NCBI GenBank assembly: GCA_000091205.1 | Contig: AP006501.2 | DNA from: Cyanidioschyzon merolae | Lineage: Eukaryota | Direction: 5' to 3' (one strand) | DNA: 64,000 bases | Shown: piece after piece, positions 29,409 to 40,382 of the stretch | How the letters are laid out: every line of letters starts with the position of its first letter | Numbering within the stretch: the first letter of the stretch is position 1 | The notes under the pieces: generated by a model | The model's database searches: none | Told to the model about the DNA's origin: nothing | Seen by the model: only the letters and a program-made list of their open reading frames with translations | Program-made: the position numbers and the translations under genes

Positions 29409-32400
29409 ATCGGCATGAGCGCGAGTGCAGGCCTCATCATCGAATTCTTGTCGTTTTCAGACGTGCGATGCGTATCTCAGCGATCGACGGGATGAAGCGA
29501 ACGCATCGCAGCCGGGTAGCAAGGCAGTGCTCGAAGCGTCGCAGATACTATGTGATCCAGAACTGATTGTGGACGTTGGATTGGCGTCGAGCACACGCGA
29601 AGGTGGCGGTCGCAAAACGCACCTTCATCGGAGATGGCGGTTTGTTGGGTTTTCATCAGAATATGTAAAGCGAAATACGACTGGTCGTGCGGGATGAGAT
29701 GCTTCACCATTGCTGCGGAGCGTTGGATGACACGCCGACTTTGGACGTGCGCAAACTCTAAAAGGAGTACTTGCGCTGGTGCGCGGCAGCAGCGCGAGTT
29801 TTGTTTGCATATGATTAGGGTAGCGCTGGCAATAGTATAGGGTAGCACCCAGATGCTGGAACGTGTTAGAATGGAGCGCCTCTGCCATAAATTGACCAAC
29901 TTGTATGCGCAGACAGTCTCCATTGTGAATCACGCCACCTGCTGCAGGCGCTGCAATTCAGCAGCTCGTTGGTGCCGAGGCACTGTCGCCTGATCGACCC
30001 CGCCGGGCGGTTCCCGACTGCGTGCCCCGCTGTGCACCACTCGGATTTGTCCAGCGGCACGTACCGTGCGGTCAACGTCCAAGACGACCACCAGGGTCCA
30101 GACGGATCGCAACCTCACATATAGGGTGTTTCCGTGCCGTGGACATGATGCAGAACGGCTGCCACTGGCGATGCCACATAAGCGAGACCTCATGAGAACG
30201 CAGTGTGCGATGCGATTACAGAAGGCGGCGAGTGCCTTGTCTGATTTTGATTGATGCACGCACGAAAACTGCTTTGCCGAAGAGACGCTGGTCACCAGAT
30301 ATATCTCCGGGAGCGATAACACGGAGAAAGAGTTCCGCCAGGATATCGATATGCCGTGGACACGACGGAAAGCATGCCGATCACCTGAACGTGCATCGGC
30401 CGATTCCTCGTCTTTTGTGTTTCCCAGGATTTCCAGCTGCTTCACAGTGCTTGCGTCTGAGACGATACCATGATCGCATGATTGAGCAGGTCTTGTCGAC
30501 GGGACGAGCATCGTCCCATGCGTTTACGTTGAATCACGCCAGCTCGACCATCGCCGCTGGCAGACGTCCGTAAACAGGAAACCGCAGCATCAACAATACG
30601 CGTGAACCCATAGGACAGATACGAAATCGACCAAGGCGCTGCGTTCTGACGATGGAGAGCGCCCGACCGGCGCCCGTTCCAGAGGCGTCCAGCGGTTGGA
30701 CCGATTATTGGAGCCGCGCGCTGCGGATCCGCAGCGCATCCAGCGCCGAGCAGCGCGTTCCCCCAAGCCAGTGCAGCATCAGCTGCAACAGGTCACAAGG
30801 CAAGCGATCTTCCAACAAGAACGCGCGTAAAACAACCTCAACGCGCGTGCTCTCTGTTTGAAGGCTTTGATGGCGTCCGTCGCGAAGAAGCGTCGACGCG
30901 CGGTGCTTCGTTTCCAACAACGCAGAGTTTTCCTTAGGGAGAGGTTGTGTAAGAAACCTTCGCCGCAGGCGGCACAGCGTGCTGGACGCCGCGCAGCTGA
31001 TGAAAAAGCGCATGAGAATTCGACCAAGCCCCGCAGTTCTGCACTTACAACAACGTTCGATGCAATCAACGATGCATTGAACTTGATCCAGGAAGCGCAG
31101 CGTGCGACACAGGTCACGTTGGACGGTGCCGCTTCGGCTGCGCGGGCAGCGAGTCGCGGGTCCGAGCTAGGGTGGCGCGTAGGCACGCGCGGGACAGTGC
31201 CTGTGCGTTCGTCTGAGCACGATGCGCGGGCCAGTTTGGACCCTATCCAAGCTCTTATGAATTCGGAACGCTTTCGTGTGGACCCATTCAGAGCGTTGAC
31301 TGAAACGCTACAAACGCGGGACTGAGCAAGGACGACGTGCTCTCTTTTCCTCCGAGTTCCGCCACTGCGCACGACTGGAAGAGCGCCGCTCGGCACGCTT
31401 CGCGGATATCAGCGTTTCCGCGCACCGACTTTGAAGCGCAACGGTATGATATCGACTGAGCGTGCCCAGCGCGCGACGATTCTTGCGTCGCCAGGTGTCG
31501 ACCATGGACGAAAGTGAAACACCTTGTTCGAATCAACCATGGGACAAACGAGAACGATTCTGTGGCCTGTTTCGCAGAGCATCCTTGGATTATGGGTCTT
31601 AGGTGGCATGAGAGCGATAACAACGCCGCAACCGGCATGTCGTATCGAACGGACGCTGCACTGGGCGCTTTGGACGATAGCAGCGGTGTCGAATGCAGGC
31701 GTGTCGTTCAGATGCTGGCTGGCTGGCTGGCTGGCGCGACACGCATGCTCCGGATGCTTCGCGCGTGCGTGCAAATGCCGCTGGCCGGCCGATGCGTGCA
31801 CGCGTTCGTGGCGAACACACGAGATTTATGATCCTCTCGTGGAGTGCGCGAAAGACTCGAGGCAAAGGATGCGAGCGAGTGTTCGCGCCTGGGTATTGCT
31901 TGCTGCTTTCCGCGAAGCGCTGTTTCGGGCGAGACATGACAAACTCGCTCTAAGCCTGGGGCGAGATACCTTCCATCTATGAACATGGTTTTCTGCACGG
32001 GTGAAGAGAATGCGTAGGTGCGTGGGATGTGCTGCACGCAACTTGCGCTCATGGAGTACGCATGGATCAGTGGAGATGCACGTCTGTCGGCGCTCTTGTC
32101 TCAGGGTTCCGCCTCCAGAGCGCGATGATCGAACGGGATCCCGACGTTTCGACGAATGCGAGCGCCCAGGAGCTGCTATCCAACACGGCCTCGGTAACCG
32201 AAATCGCTGCGGTTGTTGTGGAGCAGTCGCTCGGTTCCAAATTGGGAGCAGATGCCGCACGCACTGCAGATCGAAAAGGCTGGTGCCTGCATGATGCATG
32301 AACGCCTTCAGCTGTGGCTGGAGAGCGTGGTTGCGTCCCAGTGCACACGAGCGACTCGAGGGGTCGCGTGTATCGACCATCATGAAAACGGGACACATTC

Positions 32401-33805
32401 GCGAGCGCGCTCTGATGCGCATGGATGGACGTCCGAATTGGTGACTTGCATCGCCTGGTGTCATGCAGTGCACCTCATATGCTGACCCTGTGCTCATGCC
32501 GGGATCACGCACATCAATTTCTGGCTTGATAGGAGACCCCGTCGTCGTACGATCTGGCGGCCAAACGGTAAGCGCCGGGCAGCATCATCGGTGGTGCTCG
32601 GGTGCACGAGCGGAGATGCTCGGAATCTCTGCACCCGCCAGAACAAACGCCGTGTTGAGGTTCTCGCGGGCGCCATTCCGCCTGTCGCGTGCGTTCGCCA
32701 AGAAATCCCACCTCTAAAGTGCTCCCACATTCGACGTTTGTATCCGCGTTGGAGATGCGCTGGCTGCCGAGCGTTCGCGAGTCATCTCGACTGCAAAGGC
32801 TCGCATGCACGCTGCCTGATTCCTTAGTTTTTTTGCCCGGTGCCTCCGAGGTGTGGCCGTTCTGCACGGCCTTCGTTCTGGTCTGGCCGCATTCTTTGCA
32901 TATTCGCATAGCTGGGCCACCTGGGGGCGCGTCGCGAACTGACCTGCAGGATTTTTCGCAAACGGCAGCAGGCGTAGGCAAAGTCAAACACATGTTTTGT
33001 GAGCTGCAAACGCGCTGTTTCTGTCCTTGAATGCTGGACAACTCAAGAGCGCACTTGAAACTTGTCCCTGAAAACCCGTTCCAGACTGTGATGTGTCAAC
33101 CTCGTATCGATATTTCTTGGAGCTAGAGCGTGTCATACACGATAGAAAGGCGTCCTGTAGAGCCAGAAACGGCTCCAAGGGTTCCGCACCAGCAACCGCC
33201 CAATCCAACGCACCGCGAGCAACCCATTATATGCCGCGCGAGGAGGTGCACGCCTTGTCCGCGTCCGTTTTGAGCTTGCAACGTCTGCGAGGCGGCAGCG
33301 TTCAGATTCGAGACAGGGCACAAGTGCGAGAAGCACGCAGCGCATTCCAATGCAAAAAATTTCCGTTCCGTCGGCACGCCCGCCGGTGTACACGACGGCT
33401 CAACGCGCTCGCCAGGACGGATCTGTTGCCACCAGCGTTCCCGTCACGGGGTCCATGAACTCGAACGGGACCCTGTTGGCACACGCTGGTGTGGATCGAG
33501 TACAAGCGTACCGCTTCGTCAACGAACGAGCGCACGCACTGCACTGCATCGGTCGGAATTTCGCCCCTGGTGCAACGCGCTGTGCAGTGGAGATAATGAG
33601 TGCTCACTGGATGCTTGGAGGCTTGGATGCTTGGCAGGCAGCCAGCGCGCGTCCAGCGCTGGCATCACGCCGGGTTCCGCCGCTCTGGACATGCAGCGGC
33701 TCGAGGCGCACCACCGAAAATTGGCGCGTACCTCGCACGCGCTATCGTGCATCTGGCAGCGAGCGTCAACATCCTGGTAGTCTGCGCCACACACCAGTGA
33801 AGATA

Positions 33806-34243
33806 ATGGTATTCGTTTCGATACCCTCACAACCTGTTACATCAAAAAAGTCGAGGATGTCTCGGCTGGCTTCCGAAAGACCGGTGCTGCGGTGTTCCAA
33901 GGGAACGCGACTGGAGAACAGCGGTGAACCGGCACTGCTTACGCGTCGAGCGTTTCTGGGAGCTGCAGCTGCAGCTGTGTTCGGGCTGGGCAGCGTAGTT
34001 GCACCTTCAGCGTCTGTGGCAGCACCTCTAACGCTGAACCCTTTTGCGCGGAAGAAGGAGGCAAAGTCTTCAAAGGGTAGCAAAACACAAAGTTCGACGG
34101 AAAAGGGTTCGGACACGCAGGCCACTCCGCGGCGGAAGAAAGACGCCCTGGAGACGCTCTCGCCTGAGGACCAGGAGGACATTGATGAGCTCACGAAGCG
34201 CTTAATGTCACGTAAGTCGAGCTCAGAGGAGGCATCGCAGTAA
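33806..34243 (+). CDS. Small Lys/Ser-rich protein with twin-arginine (Tat) signal, putative thylakoid-lumen protein
   Basis: LTRRAFLGAAAAAVFGLGSVVAPSASVAAP is an RR motif plus hydrophobic core plus AxA. The mature part is about 65 aa and highly charged. The start is uncertain; the ORF-maximal start is 33350. Confidence 0.35.
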   Translation: MVFVSIPSQPVTSKKSRMSRLASERPVLRCSKGTRLENSGEPALLTRRAFLGAAAAAVFGLGSVVAPSASVAAPLTLNPFARKKEAKSSKGSKTQSSTEKGSDTQATPRRKKDALETLSPEDQEDIDELTKRLMSRKSSSEEASQ

Positions 34244-34413
34244 CGCATTTGGTGCGTATTTGTAACAGCTGAGTTCGGATATAGCGTGCTTTGCTGGATC
34301 CTTCGAGAGCGCAGCGTATCGCGCCCAGCACGGAATCCAGCGGGTGCGCACTGCGCGACCACTGCAGTCCTGCGCGTCGACACACGTGCAAGCGTTGTCG
34401 ACGAGATGCCTTG

Positions 34414-34445
34414 GCTGCGGCTGCGGCTGCGGCTGCGGCTGCGGC
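34414..34445. repeat. (GCTGCG)n hexanucleotide microsatellite
   Basis: gctgcggctgcggctgcggctgcggctgcggc. Confidence 0.8.
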
Positions 34446-34588
34446 CCGGGTACCGCATTCGTCAAGGGAAACGCGAGCGTTACCGATGAGCGGCGCGCAC
34501 CATTGGGCAAGGTGCGGTTCGAGGTGCCGCACCGCAACGCGCCGCAGAAACGCTGCACTTGGAGCGCTAGGGGACCTAAGATACTCGT

Positions 34589-35395
34589 TTAAACAGGGCA
34601 TAGGGGGATTGATGGATCGACACCGGCCAGGAACGAGTCGCGACAGGCTAGAAATCGGGCGGCATGCCATGCCTCGGCCCGGGATTGAAGCGTAAACGTA
34701 TACAACCGGTTTTCGTGAACGATGACCGAACATGCATTTTGCCGGTGCCAGCCCATGCGTCCGAAAACTTCAATTTCAAAGTCAGCGTAGACGCGTTGAT
34801 CGACGTGCCGGGTATTGCGAGCAGACCGTACGCGAGCCGAGGCGACAGCGGGTCGGCTGCGCAGCGTGTTCACGAACTTGTTCGCGAGGATATCGGCGCT
34901 TTCCAGGCCGGCCCCCGAATCCAACCCGGCGGATATAACTGAGAGATGATCAGACTCTGGAAACAACGGGGACTGGAACGCTGCCAAGACCAACATACCC
35001 TGGTTTGGGTGTCCTTTCGCGGTTGTCGTGATGGCCTCCCTCCGTAGCAACGTGTTCCGCACGGCTTGCTGTCGGCGCAGACGGTCCTCTGTCCAGTCTT
35101 TCGGGCGCCAGAACTGTATGCTGTCGTCACGATAGCAGACCAGGCTATCGTTTGCGGTGCGGGGCAGCGTTTCCGCGCGTGCGTTTGTGCCGCGTCCGCC
35201 GTCGATTGAGAGCAGCAGCAGTAGCGCGGTGCAGAGCTCGCGGCGGGTGTAGAAAACAGCGTTGGTGCTCGTGTTTGGCGTATGTGTACACCGGATGTGG
35301 CTCGTGCCAGTTTGCTTCGTGTGCCGCCCGCGTACTTGTTGATGGTGCAGGGCTGGTGGTGTCAAAAAGGTATACCTCGAGACGATTGTCCGCAT
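34589..35395 (-). CDS. PsbP-domain-like protein with bipartite presequence (transit peptide plus twin-arginine signal)
   Basis: YTRRELCTALLLLLSI is an RR signal. VCYRDDSIQFWRPKDW and ENRLYTFTLQSRAEAWHAARFLACRDSFLA fit the PsbP-family N- and C-terminal patterns. Confidence 0.45.
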   Translation of the reverse strand: MRTIVSRYTFLTPPALHHQQVRGRHTKQTGTSHIRCTHTPNTSTNAVFYTRRELCTALLLLLSIDGGRGTNARAETLPRTANDSLVCYRDDSIQFWRPKDWTEDRLRRQQAVRNTLLRREAITTTAKGHPNQGMLVLAAFQSPLFPESDHLSVISAGLDSGAGLESADILANKFVNTLRSRPAVASARVRSARNTRHVDQRVYADFEIEVFGRMGWHRQNACSVIVHENRLYTFTLQSRAEAWHAARFLACRDSFLAGVDPSIPLCPV

Positions 35396-35658
35396 ACTTG
35401 CGCAGTGCGGAAGCTGATCATCTCAGTTTGTTATCCATGGAATGGACGGCGCGTACCCCTACCGACGATTCGGGCAAATCGCCGATAAAGGCGCACCGCG
35501 TTTACGGCCACAAAAATCCATATATAAAGACTTTGGGATCTCGTATCGGAACTTGTTCCGCTGCGCGCGCACGCCACGCCGGTGGTTATATCTTCTGGGG
35601 CAGCTACGCGAGACGGGGTACAGGGTGTCGCGTCCGCTCCGTTTGACGATTTTTGGGT

Positions 35659-38448
35659 ATGCTCTCGAGCCTGGAAGGTGGCCATTCCCGGGAAGGTGTT
35701 GATGGAGATTACGACGCGATCTTTTTGCGGCTTTTGGAGGACGAGGAGTCCTACACTGGGCGTCAACAGCACCGAGGCACAGTGCTACAGGCACCGCCGG
35801 CGCTCAGAGCGCGCCTTTCACAGGAGGCGCGCACTGGTGCTGCGCCTCAAACCGAGACCGCTAGGGAACGTTCGGCCTTCGACGTCGACCGCTGGGAAAG
35901 TGCATACGCGGACACGAACAGGGGTCTTTCCTGTACGGAGCAGCGCAAGCCTCCCGAGAACGCGTTGGCGCCACGTGAAGTCGCAGCGAGTGCCGGTATC
36001 TCGACCAAGAGTTCAGAAGCAGACCTTCCCGAGTGGATCCGACGTGAAATTTACGTCAGAGATGGGGAGCTTGTTATTCTCCGTGACCGACTGGAACGTC
36101 AGCAGCGGGAACTGATTGCCTTAAGAAACGCGCAGGCCGCAACTACAACAGGTTCGCAGCAGCTTGGGCGAGCGCGCGCCCCCAGCTGGACCGCTGACGC
36201 CCAAAGGCACACCAGACCGAGCCAGGGTCTGCCCAGTGGAAGCGAGCAGGAATTTACGAGTGCTGTCGTCCAAAGACTCGCCACGGAAACTGATCGTTTG
36301 AGAGCGCGATTGGCGTTCCGAGAGCGCGAAATCTCCCAGTTGCGAGAGTTGCTCGCAAAGGTGGTATCCTCGCCAGCACAGGGCGTGGCGGATGGACCAG
36401 TGCATTCGTCGTCGTCGTCGTCGCCGTCGCAAGGGCCACCGCCACCGCCACCGCCACCGTATACATGCAAGAGCGCTGTAAAGCGAACCGCGAACGTATC
36501 CGTGGCCCCAACAACGCATCCGAGTCGGAGTAAGCGGGCTGGTGTCTTTTTCGACGAGAGCCTGCTGTTACTGAACCAACAGTGTGGCGATTCGCTCGCT
36601 TCGCAGCCGCCGAGCCCCAATGCAGCAGCGTCACAGGCCAGGGTCACCGTCGACTGGCGCCAACACGAACCTGGAGAACCCTCTTCCGCTCCTGCATTGC
36701 AGCATTCGCGGCCATGTTCTAGGACAACAAACCTCCAGTACAGTGATCGTACCCAGATCTTCACGATCTTGACGGCTTGCGAGGATTCATGGCGCGAACT
36801 GCTACGCCATGCAGCGCCAACAAATCGCGAGAATCCCCAGGTGAAGCTCGATAACTTTTTCGCTCAGCAGATGCTCGCATTGCTTCGTACCGAAGCAGAC
36901 CTCCGGGAATGTGTGCGGCCGATTCAACAAGCCATGCTCATGAGCTACGCGGCCTGGAAACGCACAGCAGAGCCGTCTCAGGCACTGGACAAGGAAGCAC
37001 GCTTCGCTGCTGCGCTCACTGTTCTGGATGCACTCCTGGAGCACAGCACCGCATTCCGGGATTACTTTATGGATGCGACCAGTCAGGAGCGTGCGGACGG
37101 AGCCTACTCTGCCTCGAATACGAACGGTCTTATGCTCGAGCATCTCATAGAGCTCGTTGTCGATGATTCCTCCTGGGTATTTTGGCAAAATCACCCAGGT
37201 CTGCTGATCGCATGCTTCCGCATCGTGCATAACCTCCTGCGCGGCTGGTGCGTGCGTGTGCGTGAGCGTACCTCACCGCGGGCGCCATCTGCAACATTTC
37301 AGGTTCAAATACGGGTACTCATCGAATCCCCCGTTCTTCGACATATTTTCGCGGAGCTAACCCCTGATCATGCATCGTTACGCGAAACAGCGTGTGCAGC
37401 CTTGGGCTCCGCATTTGCCGTAGAGAATGCGCTGCGCATCTACACCGGAACTGGTTCCGCGGAAGCTCAATGTTGCGGTTGGCAAGCGGCAGCCGTCCAA
37501 AGCGGTAGCATCTGTCGGGTGCTGCGACTCGTCCAGGACGCGCCGCTGCCGCTCACCCTTGACATGCTTGGCCTGGTGGAAGCCGTCTTCCTTGGTCCGT
37601 GTGCCGATACCGCACTCGACGAGTGGATCACACATGTTCGCCCCGAGGATCGATTCGAAGCCCTAGAGGATTTGGTGATCGCCTTGGAGCGGCTCTGGAT
37701 GCCGCTTCAGGAACTGCAGATGTTGTTCCATGAACCATCGGTTGCCGTCCTTGACGAGCGGTATCAAGCGTCGCCTAAACGCAGTGGATCCGCTTTACGA
37801 GGAACGCTTAGAAGCGCGCTGGAACGCTGGCAATGCGTTGCTGCTATGTCCATGCCTCGGAGCGACTCTGGAACAGCAACAACAGCAGTGACAAAGAATA
37901 TGCCGCTGCCAGAGCCATTTCAGTCTGCAACAGTGCAGCAGCTTCAACATGGCATCGTTGGCGTTCTGGCGCTGCTTTATCGCTGGACGCAACCTCTAAC
38001 CGAACGACCATCTGAACCGGATATCCAGCGCCAGTGGACCATTTCGGCAGACAAGGAGAACCGAGAGCGCTCCGAGGGCACCTCAGTGAACGCTTCCCAA
38101 GTCGGAGATCGTCCAGCACACGACTGGCCACATCGACCGGAGCATCTGCGAGCGTCGGTCAGGGCTCGTCTACGCGATCTGCTCCGTAGTTTGCGCCTTG
38201 CCGCTGCTGATCAGCAACGCCAGCGTACACCCGCGGCCGACAACAACTCGTCCGCTGACGCAGCAGACGAGATGGTCGTCCCTTGGATCCACTGGAGCGA
38301 GGCGGCGGACGCCCTCGAGCCCCTGCTCCGGGCGATATGGTGTTGGCTGCACCCCGCAGACGCCAGTTCGGCGACGGTTCACGCAAACGCCAAACCTGCA
38401 GCCGCGATGCCTGCATTGGAATCGACGTCTCTTGCGCCGTTCCGCTGA
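35659..38448 (+). CDS. Hypothetical large protein (about 930 aa) with a coiled-coil-like region and poly-Pro/Ser tract
   Basis: Long ATG-initiated ORF with protein-like composition across most of its length (REIYVRDGELVILRDRLERQQRELIALRNAQAA...). No domain recognised. Confidence 0.4.
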   Translation: MLSSLEGGHSREGVDGDYDAIFLRLLEDEESYTGRQQHRGTVLQAPPALRARLSQEARTGAAPQTETARERSAFDVDRWESAYADTNRGLSCTEQRKPPENALAPREVAASAGISTKSSEADLPEWIRREIYVRDGELVILRDRLERQQRELIALRNAQAATTTGSQQLGRARAPSWTADAQRHTRPSQGLPSGSEQEFTSAVVQRLATETDRLRARLAFREREISQLRELLAKVVSSPAQGVADGPVHSSSSSSPSQGPPPPPPPPYTCKSAVKRTANVSVAPTTHPSRSKRAGVFFDESLLLLNQQCGDSLASQPPSPNAAASQARVTVDWRQHEPGEPSSAPALQHSRPCSRTTNLQYSDRTQIFTILTACEDSWRELLRHAAPTNRENPQVKLDNFFAQQMLALLRTEADLRECVRPIQQAMLMSYAAWKRTAEPSQALDKEARFAAALTVLDALLEHSTAFRDYFMDATSQERADGAYSASNTNGLMLEHLIELVVDDSSWVFWQNHPGLLIACFRIVHNLLRGWCVRVRERTSPRAPSATFQVQIRVLIESPVLRHIFAELTPDHASLRETACAALGSAFAVENALRIYTGTGSAEAQCCGWQAAAVQSGSICRVLRLVQDAPLPLTLDMLGLVEAVFLGPCADTALDEWITHVRPEDRFEALEDLVIALERLWMPLQELQMLFHEPSVAVLDERYQASPKRSGSALRGTLRSALERWQCVAAMSMPRSDSGTATTAVTKNMPLPEPFQSATVQQLQHGIVGVLALLYRWTQPLTERPSEPDIQRQWTISADKENRERSEGTSVNASQVGDRPAHDWPHRPEHLRASVRARLRDLLRSLRLAAADQQRQRTPAADNNSSADAADEMVVPWIHWSEAADALEPLLRAIWCWLHPADASSATVHANAKPAAAMPALESTSLAPFR

Positions 38449-38555
38449 GTCATCTGTCGGCACCTCGGGTATCACCGGAATGCATCTAGTGACGATGCTC
38501 CATCATTGAGAAATACCCTCTCATTCCTACTTTGAGCGCATCATCCATCAGCGCC

Positions 38556-39965
38556 TCAGCTAGCACCGAAATGCATGCCGAGTTGGAGCTCCATCATGGC
38601 CGAAAGACCGTTTCGTTCAAAAGAGTCGCGTGTAAGCCAAAATCGGTGCGCTGCATGATCAGGAATGTTTCGTACGAGGGTCTGTAGACCAAACCAGCCA
38701 GTGTGCAGGGGATCTGGTGTGTCAGCGTCAGCCTCTGACGTCATCGCATCGATTCGGCGTTCGCCGATCCAAACCTGAACTGGAGTCCAGGCTGGTAAAA
38801 GGCTCCGCAACTCTTGCTGAAAACGCGCCGCAAAGCCCCTGAGACGCACGTTACCTCCGATGAGAACCACATGTTGGAGCAAGGCAGGCCAGAGCGCTTT
38901 GGGTATGCGCTCTAGGCTCTGGAGAACAACCTCTGGAATGCCAGCCTGTGGGATCTGAATGGTGTCTTGTGGTGCGAAGAGCGACTCGGGTGCGAGGAAA
39001 TGCTCGTTGGTCAACGTTAACACCGAACCCAAAGTCGCTGTCTCGTCAGCTCCGTCAGCATCTGCGTCTTCTTTGTCGATTGCGGCTGTCGTGGTGATGC
39101 TGGTATGCTCCGGAGCCAGCACTCGGCCGTAGCGAAACTCGCCGCGGTCCGTCTCGTTTGGTAGCAGGTACCGTATCCGAGTCTCTTCTGAATGCAGGCG
39201 ACTCCGCTGCAGTTCCCGCTCAAGGTCCGCACACACGTAGCACACGCGCTCCTTGAGCCGCTGTACCAGGAAGCTCTCCTTCATCAGGTTCCAGGAACGG
39301 TAACTGATCAGTTCCTTAAGATAGTTATTCAGGAGCCGTCCGCCTACATCGAGGCGACGCACCGCGTAGTTCAGGAGCTGTCCACCAAAGACCGGTACAA
39401 CATGCGTAAAACTATGACCGGAGTCTATGACAAGACCAGTGGCGCGACTCCATGGGCTCGGTGAGGCTGCTGTGCCCGTCACGAGCGTCTCGTGGTGCAT
39501 GAGCGCTGCGTAGGCGGTGCAGGTGACGTAGACCGCGGATACGTCGAAGTAAAAGAATGCGGTTTTCAGCATCCGTTCTAGCGCTGGTAGCGGACAAAGC
39601 GGGGGCACCGTCAATACGAGGCGTTTCCTGGTCAATGATAGTTTCTCCTGGGCGAGCACATCGCTCCAGATCTTGGCTTGCAGCGCCAAGTCGGTAACAA
39701 GTCCGCGATCGATAGGTCGTCGAACCCGCAGACCCAGTGGAGAACACTGCTCCAGTGCTGCCCCGCAAAGCGTCTTGCGCTCTGCAGGCGAGTGCGTTAC
39801 CCCAGAGCGCTTTGCACCAGCGTCAGTGTCAGCACCAGTTGAATGTTTCACACGAGCGAGGCCGTTCACGTGGACTCGCGGTGCGGCGTCGCCAAGCAGA
39901 CCGATTTTCACAGTGTCTGCACCGTTATCCAACAAGATTATGGACGCGTCAATAAAATCGCTCAT
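38556..39965 (-). CDS. Actin-related protein (ARP; ARP6-like)
   Basis: The N-terminal actin fold is ILLDNGADTVKIGLLGD. VIDSGHSFTHVVPVFGGQLLNYAVRRLDVGGRLLNNYLKELIS and HVVLIGGNVRLRGFAARFQQEL correspond to actin subdomain motifs. The first ATG is at 39965. Confidence 0.8.
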   Translation of the reverse strand: MSDFIDASIILLDNGADTVKIGLLGDAAPRVHVNGLARVKHSTGADTDAGAKRSGVTHSPAERKTLCGAALEQCSPLGLRVRRPIDRGLVTDLALQAKIWSDVLAQEKLSLTRKRLVLTVPPLCPLPALERMLKTAFFYFDVSAVYVTCTAYAALMHHETLVTGTAASPSPWSRATGLVIDSGHSFTHVVPVFGGQLLNYAVRRLDVGGRLLNNYLKELISYRSWNLMKESFLVQRLKERVCYVCADLERELQRSRLHSEETRIRYLLPNETDRGEFRYGRVLAPEHTSITTTAAIDKEDADADGADETATLGSVLTLTNEHFLAPESLFAPQDTIQIPQAGIPEVVLQSLERIPKALWPALLQHVVLIGGNVRLRGFAARFQQELRSLLPAWTPVQVWIGERRIDAMTSEADADTPDPLHTGWFGLQTLVRNIPDHAAHRFWLTRDSFERNGLSAMMELQLGMHFGAS

Positions 39966-40382
39966 AAGAAGTGCCTTTCTGCGGAACACTGCGAACTGTT
40001 ATGGGTCCATGCGTCCACGCTGCACACGACCGTCGGTAGGACACGTGGCTGCACCGCGTTCCCCGTTCCAGTCCGGTCGATGCGGTACCGTCAACAACCG
40101 CACTGGAGACGTGCTCTTCCAGAGTTCTACCTACGCGTAAACTAAGACCGCGGCGGGTACGTGCGCTTCTTATGGACCCTCTGTGGGTACCCGGCAGAAC
40201 TCGCTAGCGGTCGGGTAACGAGCGCACCACTGCTACGGCTCCTGTACAGGGGCTTCGGCGACGGTGCCTGCGCACTCTCTTTTCTTTTCGCTCACCAAAC
40301 GTTTATGTTGTACCTGGATCCCTTATCGCGGGACGAGAACTGGCTATCGGGAAAACGCCCATCGTGATACGCCTCACCCTCA

